From NCBI GenBank assembly GCA_964016885.1, contig OZ024746.1:101060001-101124000 (forward strand): a DNA stretch of 64,000 nucleotides. The letters are read 5' to 3'. Each line of letters starts with the position of its first letter. The stretch's first letter is position 1. Under the pieces are notes generated by a model. That model saw only the letters and a list, made by a program, of their open reading frames with translations, made no database searches and was not told the DNA's origin. Source of the stretch: Eledone cirrhosa (lineage: Eukaryota). Both the position numbers and the translations under genes were made by a program. Below are positions 14,701 to 28,440 of this stretch, piece by piece.

Positions 14701-15915
14701 CCACTACCACCACTACCATCCCTACCATCACTACCACCACTACCACCACTACCACCACTACCATCACTACCATCCCTACCACCACTACCATCACTACCAT
14801 CCCTACCATCACTACCACCACTACCATCCCTACCATCACTACCACCACTACCACCACTACCATCTCTACCACCACTACCACCACTACCATCACTACCATC
14901 ACTACCATCACTACCATCCCTACCACCACTACCATCCCTACCACCACTACCATCCCTACCATCCCTACCACCACTACCACCACTACCATCCCTACCACCA
15001 CTACCACCACTACCATCCCTACCACCACTACCATCTCTACCATCCCTACCACCACTACCATCACTACCACCACTACCATCACTACCACCACTACCACCAC
15101 TACCATCCCTACCACCACTACCACCACTACCATCCCTACCACCACTACCATCACTACCACCACTACCATCACTACCACCACTACCACCACTACCATCCCT
15201 ACCATCCCTACCACCACTACCATCACTACCATCACTACCACCACTACCATCCCTACCACCACTACCACCACTACCATCCCTACCATCACTACCACCACTA
15301 CCATCACTACCACCACTACCATCACTACCACCACTACCACCACTACCATCCCTACCACCACTACCATCCCTATCACCACTACCATCCCTACCACCACTAC
15401 CACCACTACCATCCCTACCACCACTACCACCACTACCATCCCTACCACCACTACCATCACTACCACCCCTACCACCACTACCATCCCTACCACCACTACC
15501 ACCACTACCATCCCTACCACCACTACCATCACTACCATCCCTACCACCACTACCATCCCTACCACCACTACCACCACTACCATCCCTACCACCACTACCA
15601 TCACTACCACCCCTACCACCACTACCATCCCTACCATCACTACCACCACTACCATCACTACCACCACTACCACCACTACCACCACTACCACCACTACCAT
15701 CCCTACCACCACTACCACCACTACCACCACTACCATCACTACCACCACTACCATCACTACCACCACTACCATCACTACCACCACTACCACCTCTACCATC
15801 ACTACCACCACTACCATCCTTACCACCACTACCACCACTACCATCACTACCACCACTACCACCACTACCATCCCTACCATCCCTACCATCACTACCACCA
15901 CTACCATCAGTACCA
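8701..15915. repeat. 9-bp compound satellite (CTACCACCA / CTACCATCC / CTACCATCA), about 800 units
   Basis: Directly visible. The + strand has almost no G. Confidence 0.97.
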
Positions 15916-16001
15916 TACCATCCTCACAAACACTGCACTCAACACACTTCTGTTGTAAATATGTAGAACATGTCCTACTTAAATATTTACTGTTGTCATA
16001 G

Positions 16002-16129
16002 AAAACACAGATGCATAACCAGTTGAAACTGCAGGAAGAACAAGCTGAGAAACTTGCCAAAGAATTAAAGCGACGAAATGATGAATTATTCTGTGATGAG
16101 AAGATGAGACAACAGATCAGACAAAACAG
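16002..16129 (+). CDS. MNS1: MNS1 coding exon B
   Basis: Acceptor tgtcatag, reads KTQMHNQLKLQEEQAEKLAKELKRRNDELFCDEKMRQQIRQN, donor gtaatc, ends phase 2. Resembles vertebrate MNS1 DEKMRQQVRENS. Confidence 0.9.
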
Positions 16130-16410
16130 GTAATCTTTGATATTGTGTTTATTATTTATATCATCAGTAATAATCATAATTTGGGCAGAAGGCTATTTTG
16201 ATATTTATTTTGTTGATCCTTGATAAAAGACTAAGTTGGTCTTGATTGGGTTTCAACTCAGAACAAATTCTATAACTTTAGTAATAAATGTTTTTTGAAA
16301 TATTTACTTCTGTGTCCACAGATTGATTTTTTTAGTTTCAGAAGATTCCGTTAAGGGTGAAAGCAGCGATGCTTTGCTAAAACTTTAATCTGTTCTTATA
16401 ATATATATAT

Positions 16411-17905
16411 CAGCAAGGCTAGAATTAACAATGAATATTGTGAAAAATTTAGCGTAAAAGTAGGTGCTCATCAAGGTTCCATCCTTAGCCCCCTCCTGTT
16501 TATTATTGCCCTTCAGGCTGTAACAGAGGAGTTTAAGATCAGCTGCCCATGGGAAATTCTATATGCAGATGATCTAACTTTCATAGCTGAATCTATGGCC
16601 AAATTAGAGAATTTCCAAACCTAGAAGCATGGCCTAGAATCAAAAGGCCTTAAAGTTAACTTGTTGAAGACTAAAGTTCTAGTATGTAGAAAGGAAAATA
16701 GGGCGCAGGTGCCCTCTGGGAAATGGCCATGCTCAGTGTGTAGGAAAGGAGTAGTTAGAAATTCCATTCTATGCCCCAAATGCAAACTATGGGTACATAA
16801 AAGATGTAGTGGGATCACAGGCAAGCTATCTAAGAATGTAGATTTTATATGTGGCCGATGCTCAGGTGCAATAAAGAGCAAGTGCCCACAGAATACTAGC
16901 CCCTTCTATTGCCCAGATGGTCCTATAGAAATAGTGGACACTTTCCATTACCTGAGTGACAAGATCAGCAGTGGTGGAAGCTGTTCTGAAAGTACAGTAG
17001 CCAGAGTTAGAACGGGATGGAAAAAGTTCAGAGAGCTTATTCTGCTGTTGGCCACTAAAGGTTTCTCTCTAAAAATGAAAGGCAGGCTGTATGATGCCTG
17101 TATACGAACAGTGATGTTACATGTCAGTGAGACACGGGCATTGTGTGCAGAGGACCTGTGCAGACTGGAAAGGAACGAAGCATGCATGCTCCGTTGGGCG
17201 TGTAATTGTAATATACGCGAACGGCAAAACATAAATGAACTAAGTGAGAAATTAGGAATAAGAGGGATCAGATGCAGTTTACTTGAGAGAAGACTACGTT
17301 GGTATGGTCACGTGATGCGCATGAAAGATGACAGCTGTATAAAAAAGTGCAGGGCGATCAAAATTGATGGAAGTTACGGAGTAGGTAGAACCAGAAAAAC
17401 GTGGGACGACATGATAAAATCCGACCTTGCACACTTACACCTCTCTAAAACAATGTCACTGGACCGAGATCTTTGGCACTACGCAGTAATATGGAAGTAT
17501 ACCTTCCCTTCCCTATGTGCAAAGCGAAACCTACAGTCAGGAGGCTCCTCTTAACCAAATATACACCCCCAAACCCCTACCCCATCCTTCCACTCCCACC
17601 GACACCACCCTTTCTCTGTAAAGTTATGTTGGTACCACAACACCCAGTCCAAAGTAAAGTGGTCATGTATGTGTCACGACAAAAAGCACCCAGTCCACAC
17701 TGTAAAGTTGTTATGTAGAAGAGATGGTAAAAAGACTCCCAGTCCACACTGTAAATATGGTTGGTGTTAGGAAGGGCATCCAGCTGTAGAAAACCTGCCA
17801 AATACAGTCCTATACGAGCGAGACATGGTCACCCGACCAACCTTGCCTCAAGTGGGACAATTCCCGTCTAACCCATGCTAGCGTGGAAGATGGATGTGGT
17901 GATGA
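16411..17905 (+). mobile_element. 5'-truncated RTE LINE (RT C-half, PHD-like finger, 3' UTR)
   Basis: Motifs HQGSILSPLLF, CPWEILYADDL, C4HC3 finger, FHYL, RLRWYGHVMR. 3' end acccatgctagcgtggaagatgga followed by (GAT)n. Confidence 0.9.
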
Positions 17906-18233
17906 TATATATATACATATATATATATTAGAAAAAAACGAGGAAGTTCCGTTTATATGATATTTATTGTGTATCGACCTGTTACCCACGTTTGACAGAG
18001 AATTGGCTCAAGGACGCCCATAGGACTTCACTCCACTATCGATCTGCTCTTCAGACTGGCAATACATAGAGTGCTTGCTTTGGTACCAACACCAGTAATT
18101 CACTGAATCACCTACACTATATATATATACAATATATTAACAAATGCCCTTAACGGTTGGAGCTTCCTCCAACCGTTAAGGTTGTCTTTTTTCGGGGTAT
18201 GTCAATATTTAATTATAAAACTAATCTGTATTG

Positions 18234-18299
18234 TATTTTATCTGATGAAAGCGCACCATAATTTGCCTTGGTGGCCCTTGAAATATGTATAATAAAATA
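18234..18299 (+). ncRNA. Degenerate minimal hammerhead
   Basis: Reads TATTTTAT-CTGATGA-aagcgcacca...tggtggccctt-GAAA-TATGTA-ta-ATAAAATA, inside a 22-bp inverted-repeat-bounded relic (18125-18346). Confidence 0.5.
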
Positions 18300-18619
18300 A
18301 ATATGGTTTTATAAATATAGTTTCCATTTGTTAATATATTGTATATTTATTCCACTAACAGTTGAGTGCTTTATATCAGTTATAAGAATGTTTAAGTTTG
18401 TTGAATCCCAACAAATTAAATATAACCTCTGCATTTCATTTCATTTCATTTCATTTTACGTCCACTTTTCCCTGCTTGCAAGGGTGGGACGGGAACTGAT
18501 TCTGGCATGATTTCTACAGCTGGATGCCCTTCCTAACACCAACCTCATTTACAATGAGTGCTGGGTGCTTTTTTTGCCGTGGCACCTCCACGACCACTTT
18601 GCAGTGGAATGATAGGAAC

Positions 18620-18768
18620 CCCAGTCCCTATCATCTCATTTCTACAGCTGAGTAAACTGGAGCAATGTGAAATAAAGTGTCTTGCTCAAGGAAACAACAC
18701 ATCACCCGGTCTGAGAATTGAACTCACAACCTTTCGATTGCAAGGCCAATGCTCTAACCACTAAGCCT
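18620..18768 (-). mobile_element. Second tRNA-derived SINE family fragment
   Basis: Minus strand reads ttagtggttagagcattggccttgcaatcgaaaggttgtgagttcaattc...tccttgagcaagacact. A related copy lies at about 56690-56780. Confidence 0.65.
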
Positions 18769-18849
18769 GCATATATATATATATATATATATATTTAAAA
18801 GTTAAACAAGGTTCAATGAATACATCAAAGAATGAGTTTTACAATAGAT

Positions 18850-19246
18850 TGGAAGCACTCAACAGTCATGTCCATTTCTCAACCAAGTTGTCATTCAAAA
18901 TCCCAAGACTTCAGTTCCCTGTTAGAACCAGTTTTGCTATGACTAAATAAAACTCAGGCCCAGATTTTCAAAGTTGTAGGGTTGACTATGGGAGAATCAG
19001 TTTTTACCCATGGACAGTTATATGTTGGTAGTTCACGTGTGGAAAGACCTAGAAATCTTTCATATACTATGCATGAATGGTAAAATGAAGAATTTGGTAT
19101 ATCTAGAAGATGTTTTACTGTTTTTTTTTCTTTTGTAACACACACACTGTGGTCTCACCTCTGTAAACCAGATAAATATCCAATACAGTCGTTTTCTTTT
19201 CTACCTGTCTTCTGTTTACCTGGGTGAAGTTGGGTGAATCAGCTGG
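18850..19246 (+). mobile_element. Helitron 3' fragment (PIF1-like helicase C-terminus and terminus)
   Basis: Reads RLQFPVRTSFAMT/NKTQAQ...VFTHGQLYVGSSRV with frameshifts. Decayed hairpin acctgggtgaagttgggt, then CTGG|T at 19243-19247 (CTRR end). Confidence 0.8.
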
Positions 19247-19576
19247 TATACACACACATATATATATGTTAGGATCTAAAAGCCTTTTATATGTGTTTAT
19301 GTGTGTTTGTGTGTAAAACTGTTTAAAAATAGACATTTTAACTAGTTATGTTAGCAGGAAAACGAATGCTAAAGCCTATATATGGGTCTGCTTATGTATA
19401 TGTATGTATATCCATGTGTATATATGTGGCTATATATGTATAGCTGAATTATTGATCAGCTAGTTTATTGTTTTTCTACTTTATGGTGTTCATGCTTTAT
19501 GGCTTTGACACTTTTTATGAAATTATTTAAATTATTTAAGATGGTATTGATCAATAATTAATCAATTCTTTGCTTT

Positions 19577-19980
19577 CATCATCATCATCATCATTTAACG
19601 TCCATCTTCCACGCTAGCATGGGTTAGATGGTTTTGGTCGGGAGACTATGTCTTTGTTCGTACGGAAGTGTCTCTGGCAGGTTTTCTATGGCTGGATGCC
19701 ATTCCTAACACCAACCACCCTTACAGTGTGGACTGGGAGCCTTTTTACCATGTCTCTTACACGACCACTTTAAGTGGGAGGATGGAGTGGGGAGGTATAT
19801 TGGGGTCAGAGGTGCCTACTGACTGTAGGTTTAAGTTTGTATGCAAGGGAAGGCGGGTCTTCTGAATAACTACATGGCACCAAAGATCTCGATCCAGTGA
19901 CATTGTCTTAGAGAGGTGTAAGTGAGCAAGGTCAGTTTTTATCACCTCGTCGCAGGTTTTTCTTGCTTTACCCACTCTGT
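19577..19980 (-). mobile_element. RTE LINE 3' fragment (antisense)
   Basis: Reads RKTCDEVIKTDLAHLHLSKTMSLDRDLW, followed by the same 3' UTR and a (CAT)n tail on +. Confidence 0.85.
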
Positions 19981-20027
19981 ATCTTCATTCAGTTTTCATT
20001 GTCTGCACTATTCAATTTCCATTGTAG

Positions 20028-20130
20028 CTTAGAAATTCGAGATCTTGAAGAGAAATTAAGGCTGGGTTATCTAAACAAAGTGCGTGCTGCTCAAATAGCA
20101 GAGAAGCAGACCAATAAATATAATTTACAG
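20028..20130 (+). CDS. MNS1: MNS1 coding exon C
   Basis: Acceptor attgtag, reads (S)LEIRDLEEKLRLGYLNKVRAAQIAEKQTNKYNLQ, donor gttagt. Resembles ELRELEKKLKAAYMNKERAAQIAEK. Confidence 0.93.
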
Positions 20131-21363
20131 GTTAGTGTAATTCTCTTCCATATTTTGATAAGATTTTTAATCTAAAGTTGTTTTTGATGTTATGTCTGAT
20201 TAATCCAGGTTGAGATGATCTAAAGCTGGTTGAAGATGGCAAATTGGTAGCAGAATTATTAAAATATCAGAATTCTTTGCAATATTTCTTTCAGCTTTCT
20301 CTGCTCTCTGGGTTCAAATTCTGTCAAAGACAACTTAGCCTTTCATCCTTTTGAGGTTGGTACAAAAAGTACCAGTCCAGTACTAGAGTCAATTTTTTTT
20401 CTATATCTCTTTCTTACTCCTTTTCTGGAAGAAATTAGCGATGTTTAGATGTGGAGAGGAGATGAGCTCTGCTAAGTTTAAAATTCCCCTATGACTCAGG
20501 AGTTACAGATCCATACATATGGTCAGTTGGTCATTTGGCTGGGTGGAGTACACTGTACCCTTTTCTAGTTACAGTAACTGTTTTTCTGTATGAGTGCGAT
20601 AAAGGTGATAAAGTGTAATTAGAGAGAATTTGGCTGCAGCTTCTAGCAGGATCAATGACCACTTAGAAGCCTCATTATTGACCTTGGTGAAGGAGATGCT
20701 GTTGTTGTTTAGCACCATGCTAGCAATGAGTGAACAGAGATATGACTCCTGTATTTTTGGCAAAACATTGTTTGATCTCTCCTTCCATTTTAAATATGTT
20801 AGAGATACATTTTGTTGCTATTGCTAGCAGATCAAGTAACTAAGAATACCAGCCCTTCATTAGCTGCTGTGAGGAGTATTTTATTACTGTGATATTTTGT
20901 AAAGTTTTCAATAACAGCAGTAATCTATAAGATCTTCAACTCACTACCGAGTCATATCCCAGATGGAAATATTAGGAACACTGTCAAATCAAACCCTTTT
21001 GATACCAAACTGCCTGAAATTGGCCTTGATTTATGATTCAAAACGGCCTGTTTTAAAATGTTTATACTTTATATCAAAACCTTTCATCATAATTTTGTAT
21101 TAGAAATTTTTCTTAAGTCATGTTTTAAATAACAGCTTATTTATGAAAAACTTAGTTATTTCATAAATTCAGGGTGAGTATTTCATTACAAATATGCTAA
21201 TCAAAGTGTTAATATGTTGTAGTAATGAGTTAAGTCATCTGATACTGTTTAGCCTAGAGAGAGATACACTCTACCTATGGCAGGTGAGTGTGTTATTGCA
21301 GTGCCATAATTTCTTCTATTATTTGCCCTAACTTCTGTTTCTCAATATGGCTTTTTCCTCCAG

Positions 21364-21593
21364 AAAGAAGATGACATCTTGGTGGAGGAAATGAGAGGAA
21401 ATCTGAAACGTGCTGAAGAAAATGATCGGAGGGAGGCAGAAAAGCGCCTACAAGAGAAACGCTACTATCATGAACAGCTGGATGTGCAGCTGCAGGAACA
21501 AGAAGAGAAGAAACGGCATTTGTATGAAGAGTTTCTCAAAGAGAAGTTGATGATTGATGACATTGTGCAGAAGATTCATCAAGAAGACCAAAG
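21364..21593 (+). CDS. MNS1: MNS1 coding exon D
   Basis: Acceptor ttttcctccag, reads KEDDILVEEM...QLQEQEEKKRHLYEEFLKEKLMIDDIVQKIHQEDQ, donor gtaaga, ends phase 2. LKEKLMID is a conserved MNS1 motif. Confidence 0.95.
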
Positions 21594-21639
21594 GTAAGAA
21601 CATTTATCCAGCCTCCCTCTATATATAGAGGTAGACCTG

Positions 21640-24600
21640 ACTATATATAGTGACTATTGTCACTATATATACTGGTAGACATGTATCACCTCACTATAGT
21701 CACTATATATACTGGTAGACATGTAACACCTCACTATAGTCACTATATATTCTGGTAGACATGTAACACCTCACTATAGTCACTATATATTCTGTTAGAC
21801 ATGTAACACCTCACTATAGTCACTATATATTCTGGTAGACATGTAACACCTCACTATATATACTGGTAGACCTGTTACACCTCACTATAGTCACTATATA
21901 TACTGGTAGACATGTAACACCTTACTATAGTAACTATATATACTGGTAGACATGTAACACCTCGCTATATATACTGGTAGACCTGTAACACCTCACTATA
22001 GTCACTATATATACTGGTAGACCTGTTACACCTCACTATAGTCACTATATATACTGGTAGACATGTAACACCTTACTATAGTCACTATATATACTGGTAG
22101 ACATGTAACACCTCACTATAGTCACTATATATACTGGTAGACCTGTAACACCTCACTATAGTGACTATATATACTGGTAGACATGTAACACCTCACTATA
22201 GTCACTATATATACTGGTAGACATGTAACACCTCACTATAGTCACTATATATACTGGTAGACATGTAACACCTCGCTATATATACTGGTAGACCTGTAAC
22301 ACCTCACTATAGTCACTATATATACTGGTAGACCTGTTACACCTCACTATAGTCACTATATATACTGGTAGACATGTAACACCTTACTATAGTCACTATA
22401 TATACTGGTAGACATGTAACACCTCACTATAGTCACTATATATACTGGTAGACCTGTAACACCTCACTATAGTGACTATATATACTGGTAGACATGTAAC
22501 ACCTCACTATAGTCACTATATATACTGGTAGACATGTAACACCTCACTATATATACTGGTAGACATATAACACCTCACTATAGTCACTATATATACTGGT
22601 AGACCTGTTACACCTCACTATAGTCACTATATATACTGGTAGACATGTAACACCTTACTATAGTAACTATATATACTGGTAGACATGTAACACCTCGCTA
22701 TATATACTGGTAGACCTGTAACACCTCACTATAGTCATTATATATACTGGTAGACCTGTTACACCTCACTATAGTCACTATATATACTGGTAGACATGTA
22801 ACACCTTACTATAGTCACTATATATACTGGTAGACATGTAACACCTCACTATAGTCACTATATATACTGGTAGACCTGTAACACCTCACTATAGTGACTA
22901 TATATACTGGTAGACATGTAACACCTCACTATAGTCACTATATATACTGGTAGACATGTAACACCTCACTATAGTCACTATATATACTGGTAGACATGTA
23001 ACACCTCACTATAGTGACTATATATACTGGTAGACATGTAACACCTCGCTATATATACTGGTAGACCTGTAACACCTCACTATAGTCACTATATATACTG
23101 GTAGACCTGTTACACCTCACTATAGTCACTATATATACTGGTAGACATGTAACACCTCACTATAGTCACTATATATACTGGTAGACATGTAACACCTCAC
23201 TATAGTCACTATATATACTGGTAGACATGTAACACCTCACTATATATACTGGTAGACATATAACACCTCACTATAGTCATTATATATACTGGTAGACATG
23301 TAACACCTCACTATAGTCACGATATATACTGGTAGACATGTAACAACTCACTATAGTCACTATATATACTGGTAGACATGTAACACCTCACTATAGTCAC
23401 TATATATACTGGAGGACCTGTAACACCTCACTATATTTACTGGTAGACATAACACCTCACTATATATACTGGTAGACATGTAACACCTCACTATATATAC
23501 TGGTAGACATGTAACACCTCACTATAGTCACTATATATACTGGTAGACATGTAACACCTCACTATAGTGACTATATATACTGGTAGACATGTAACACCTC
23601 ACTATAGTCACTATATATACTGGTAGACATGTAACACCTCACTATATATACTGGTAGACATGTAACACCTCACTATATATACTGGTAGACATGTAACAGC
23701 TCACTATAGTCACTATATATACTGGTAGACCTGTTATACCTCACTATATATACTGGTAGAAATGTAACACCTTACTATAGTAACTATATATACTGGTAGA
23801 CATGTAACACCTCACTATAGTCACTATATATACTGGTAGACCTGTAACACCTCACTATAGTCACTATATATACTGGTAGACCTGTTACACCTCACTATAG
23901 TCACTATATATACTGGTAGACATGTAACGCCTTACTATAGTCACTATATATACTGGTAGACATGTAACACCTCACTATAGTCACTATATATACTGGTAGA
24001 CCTGTAACACCTCACTATAGTGACTATATATACTGGTAGACATGTAACACCTCACTATAGTCACTATATATACTGGTAGACATGTAACACCTCACTATAG
24101 TCACTATATATACTGGAGGACCTGTAACACCTCACTATATATACTGGTAGACATGTAACACCTCACTATAGTCACTATATATACTAGTAGACGTGTAACA
24201 CCTCACTATAGTCACTATATATACTGGTAGACATGTAACACCTCACTATAGTCACTATATATACTGGAGGACCTGTAACACCTCACTATATTTACTGGTA
24301 GACATAACACCTCACTATATATACTGGTAGACATGTAACACCTCACTATATATACTGGTAGACATGTAACACCTCACTATAGTCACTATATATACTGGTA
24401 GACATATAACACCTCACTATAGTGACTATATATACTGGTAGACATGTAACACCTCACTATAGTCACTATATATACTGGTAGACATGTAACACCTCACTAT
24501 ATATACTGGTAGACATGTAACACCTCACTATATATACTGGTAGACATGTAACACCTCACTATAGTCACTATATATACTGGTAGACCTGTTATACCTCACT

Positions 24601-27600
24601 ATATATACTGGTAGACATGTAACACCTTACTATAGTAACTATATATACTGGTAGACATGTAACACCTCACTATAGTCACTATATATACTGGTAGACCTGT
24701 AACACCTCACTATAGTCACTATATATACTGGTAGACCTGTTACACCTCACTATAGTCACTATATATACTGGTAGACATGTAACGCCTTACTATAGTCACT
24801 ATATATACTGGTAGACATGTAACACCTCACTATAGTCACTATATATACTGGTAGACCTGTAACACCTCACTATAGTGACTATATATACTGGTAGACATGT
24901 AACACCTCACTATAGTCACTATATATACTGGTAGACATGTAACACCTCACTATAGTCACTATATATACTGGAGGACCTGTAACACCTCACTATATATACT
25001 GGTAGACATGTAACACCTCACTATAGTCACTATATATACTAGTAGACATGTAACACCTCACTATAGTCACTATATATACTGGTAGACATGTAACACCTCA
25101 CTATAGTCACTATATATACTGGTAGACATGTAACACCTCACTATATATACTGGAGGACTTGTAACACCTCACTATATATACTGGTAGACATGTAACACCT
25201 CACTATAGTCACTATATATACTGGTAGACATGTAACACCTCACTATAGTCACTATATATACTGGTAGACATGTAACACCTCACTATAATCACTATATATA
25301 CTGGTAGATCTGTAACACCTCACTATAGTGACTATATATACTGGTAGACATGTAACACCTTACTATAGTCACTATATATACTGGTAGACATGTAACACCT
25401 CACTATAGTGACTATATATACTGGTAGACATGTAACACCTCACTATAGTCACTATATATATACTGGTAGGCATGTAACACCTCACTATAGTCACTATATA
25501 TACTGGAGGACATGTAACACCTCACTATATATACTGGTAGACATGTAACACCTCACTATAGTCACTATATATACTGGTAGACATGTAGCACCTTACTATA
25601 GTCACTATATATACTGGTAGACATGTAACACCTCACTATATATACTGGTAGACATGTAACACCTCACTATAGTCACTATATATACTGGTAGACATGTAAC
25701 ACCTCACTATATATACTGGTAGACCTGTAACACCTTACTATAGTCACTATATATACTGGTAGACATGTAACAACTCACTATAGTCACTATATATACTGGT
25801 AGACATGTAACACCTCACTATAGTCACTATATATACTGGAGGACCTGTAACACCTCACTATATATACTGGTAGACATATAACACCTCACTATAGTCACTA
25901 TATATACTGGTAGACATGTAACACCTCACTATATATACTGGAGGACCTGTAACACCTCACTATATATACTGGTAGACATGTAACACCTTACTATAGTCAC
26001 TATATATACTGGTAGACATGTAACACCTCACTATATATACTGGGAGACATGTAACACATCACTATAGTCACTATATATACTGGTAGACATGTAACACCTC
26101 ACTATATATACTGGTAGACCTGTTACACCTCACTATAGTCACTATATATACTGGTAGACATGTAACACCTCACTATAGTCACTATATATACTGGTAGACC
26201 TGTTACACCTCACTATAGTCACTATATATACTGGTAGACATGTAACACCTCACTATAGTCACTATATATACTAGTAGACATGTAACACCTCACTATAGTC
26301 ACTATATATACTGGTAGACCTGTAACACCTCACTATAGTCACTATATATACTGGTAGACATGTAACACCTTACTATAGTCACTATATATACTGGTAGACA
26401 TGTAACACCTCACTATAGTCACTATATATACTGGTAGACCTGTTACACCTCACTATAGTCACTATATATACTAGTAGACATGTAACACCTCACTATAGTC
26501 ACTATATATACTGGAGGACCTGTAACACCTCGCTATATATACTGGTAGACATGTAACACCTCACTATAGTCACTATATATACTGGTAGACATGTAACACC
26601 TCACTATAGTGACTATATATACTGGTAGATCTGTAACACCTCACTATAGTCACTATATATACTGGTAGATCTGTAACACCTCACTATATATACTGGTAGA
26701 CATGTAACACCTCACTATAGTCACTATATATACTGGTAGACATGTAACAACTCACTATAGTCACTATATATACTGGTAGACATGTAACACCTCACTATAT
26801 ATACTGGAGGACATGTAACACCTCACTATAGTCACTATATATACTGGTAGACATGTAACACCTCACTATAGTCACTATATATACTGTTAGACATGTAACA
26901 CCTCACTATAGTCATTATATATACTGGTAGACATGTAACACCTCACTATAGTCACTATATATACTGGTAGACATGTAACAACTCACTATAGTCACTATAT
27001 ATACTGGTAGACATGTAACAACTCACTATAGTCACTATATATACTGGTAGACATGTAACACCTCACTATATATACTGGAGGACATGTAACACCTCACTAT
27101 AGTCACTATATATACTGGTAGACATGTAACACCTCACTATAGTCACTATATATACTGGTAGACATGTAACACCTCACTATATAACTGGTAGACATGTAAC
27201 ACCTCACTATATATACTGGTAGACATGTAACACCTCACTATAGTCACTATATATACTGGTAGATCTGTAACACCTCACTATAGTCACTATATATACTGGT
27301 AGACATGTAACACCTCACTATAGTCACTATATATACTGGTAGACATGTAACACCTCACTATAGTCACTATATATACTGGTAGACATGTAACACCTCACTA
27401 TAGTCACTATATATACTGGTAGACATGTAACACCTCACTATAGTCACTGTATATACTGGTAGACATGTAACGCCTCACTATATATACTGGTAGACATGTA
27501 ACACCTCACTATATATACTGGTAGACATGTAACACCTCACTATAGTCACTATATATACTGGTAGATCTGTAACACCTCACTATAGTCACTATATATACTG

Positions 27601-28440
27601 GTAGACATGTAACACCTCACTATAGTCACTATATATACTGGTAGACATGTAACACCTCACTATAGTAACTATATATACTGGAGGACATGTAACACCTCAC
27701 TATAGTCACTATATATACTGGTAGACATGTAACGCCTCACTATATATACTGGTAGACCTGTTACACCTCACTATAGTCACTATATATACTGGTAGACATG
27801 TAACACCTCACTATAGTCACTATATATACTGGTAGACATGTAACACCTCACTATAGTCACTATATATACTGGTAGACATGTAACACCTCACTATAGTCAC
27901 TATATATACTGGTAGACATGTAACACCTCACTATAGTCACTATATATACTGGTAGACATGTAACACCTCACTATAGTCACTATATATACTGGTAGACATG
28001 TAACGCCTCACTATATATACTGGTAGACATGTAACACCTCACTATATATACTGGTAGACATGTAACACCTCACTATAGTCACTATATATACTGGTAGATC
28101 TGTAACACCTCACTATAGTCACTATATATACTGGTAGACATGTAACACCTCACTATAGTCACTATATATACTGGTAGACATGTAACACCTCACTATAGTA
28201 ACTATATATACTGGAGGACATGTAACACCTCACTATAGTCACTATATATACTGGTAGACATGTAACGCCTCACTATATATAATGGTAGACCTGTTACACC
28301 TCACTATAGTCACTATATATACTGGTAGACATGTAACACCTCACTATAGTCACTATATATACTGGTAGACATGTAACACCTCACTATAGTCACTATATAT
28401 ATTGGTAGATCTGTAACACCTCACTATAGTCACTATATAT
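21640..28440. repeat. 40-bp minisatellite (CACTATAGTCACTATATATACTGGTAGACATGTAACACCT), with 31-bp variants
   Basis: Directly visible. The 31-mer lacks the internal 9-bp CACTATAGT duplication. Confidence 0.97.

Noticed and set aside
8701-15915. Thr-rich mucin-like exon on the + strand
   Set aside because: Open only because the repeat lacks stops. No flanking splice sites or mucin domains are evident, and MNS1 exons A and B join in frame without it.
8621-16177. 2518-aa V/M/G-rich ORF on the minus strand
   Set aside because: It is the translation of the 9-bp satellite, which has no stop in that frame. It is antisense to MNS1 exon B and its composition is not protein-like.
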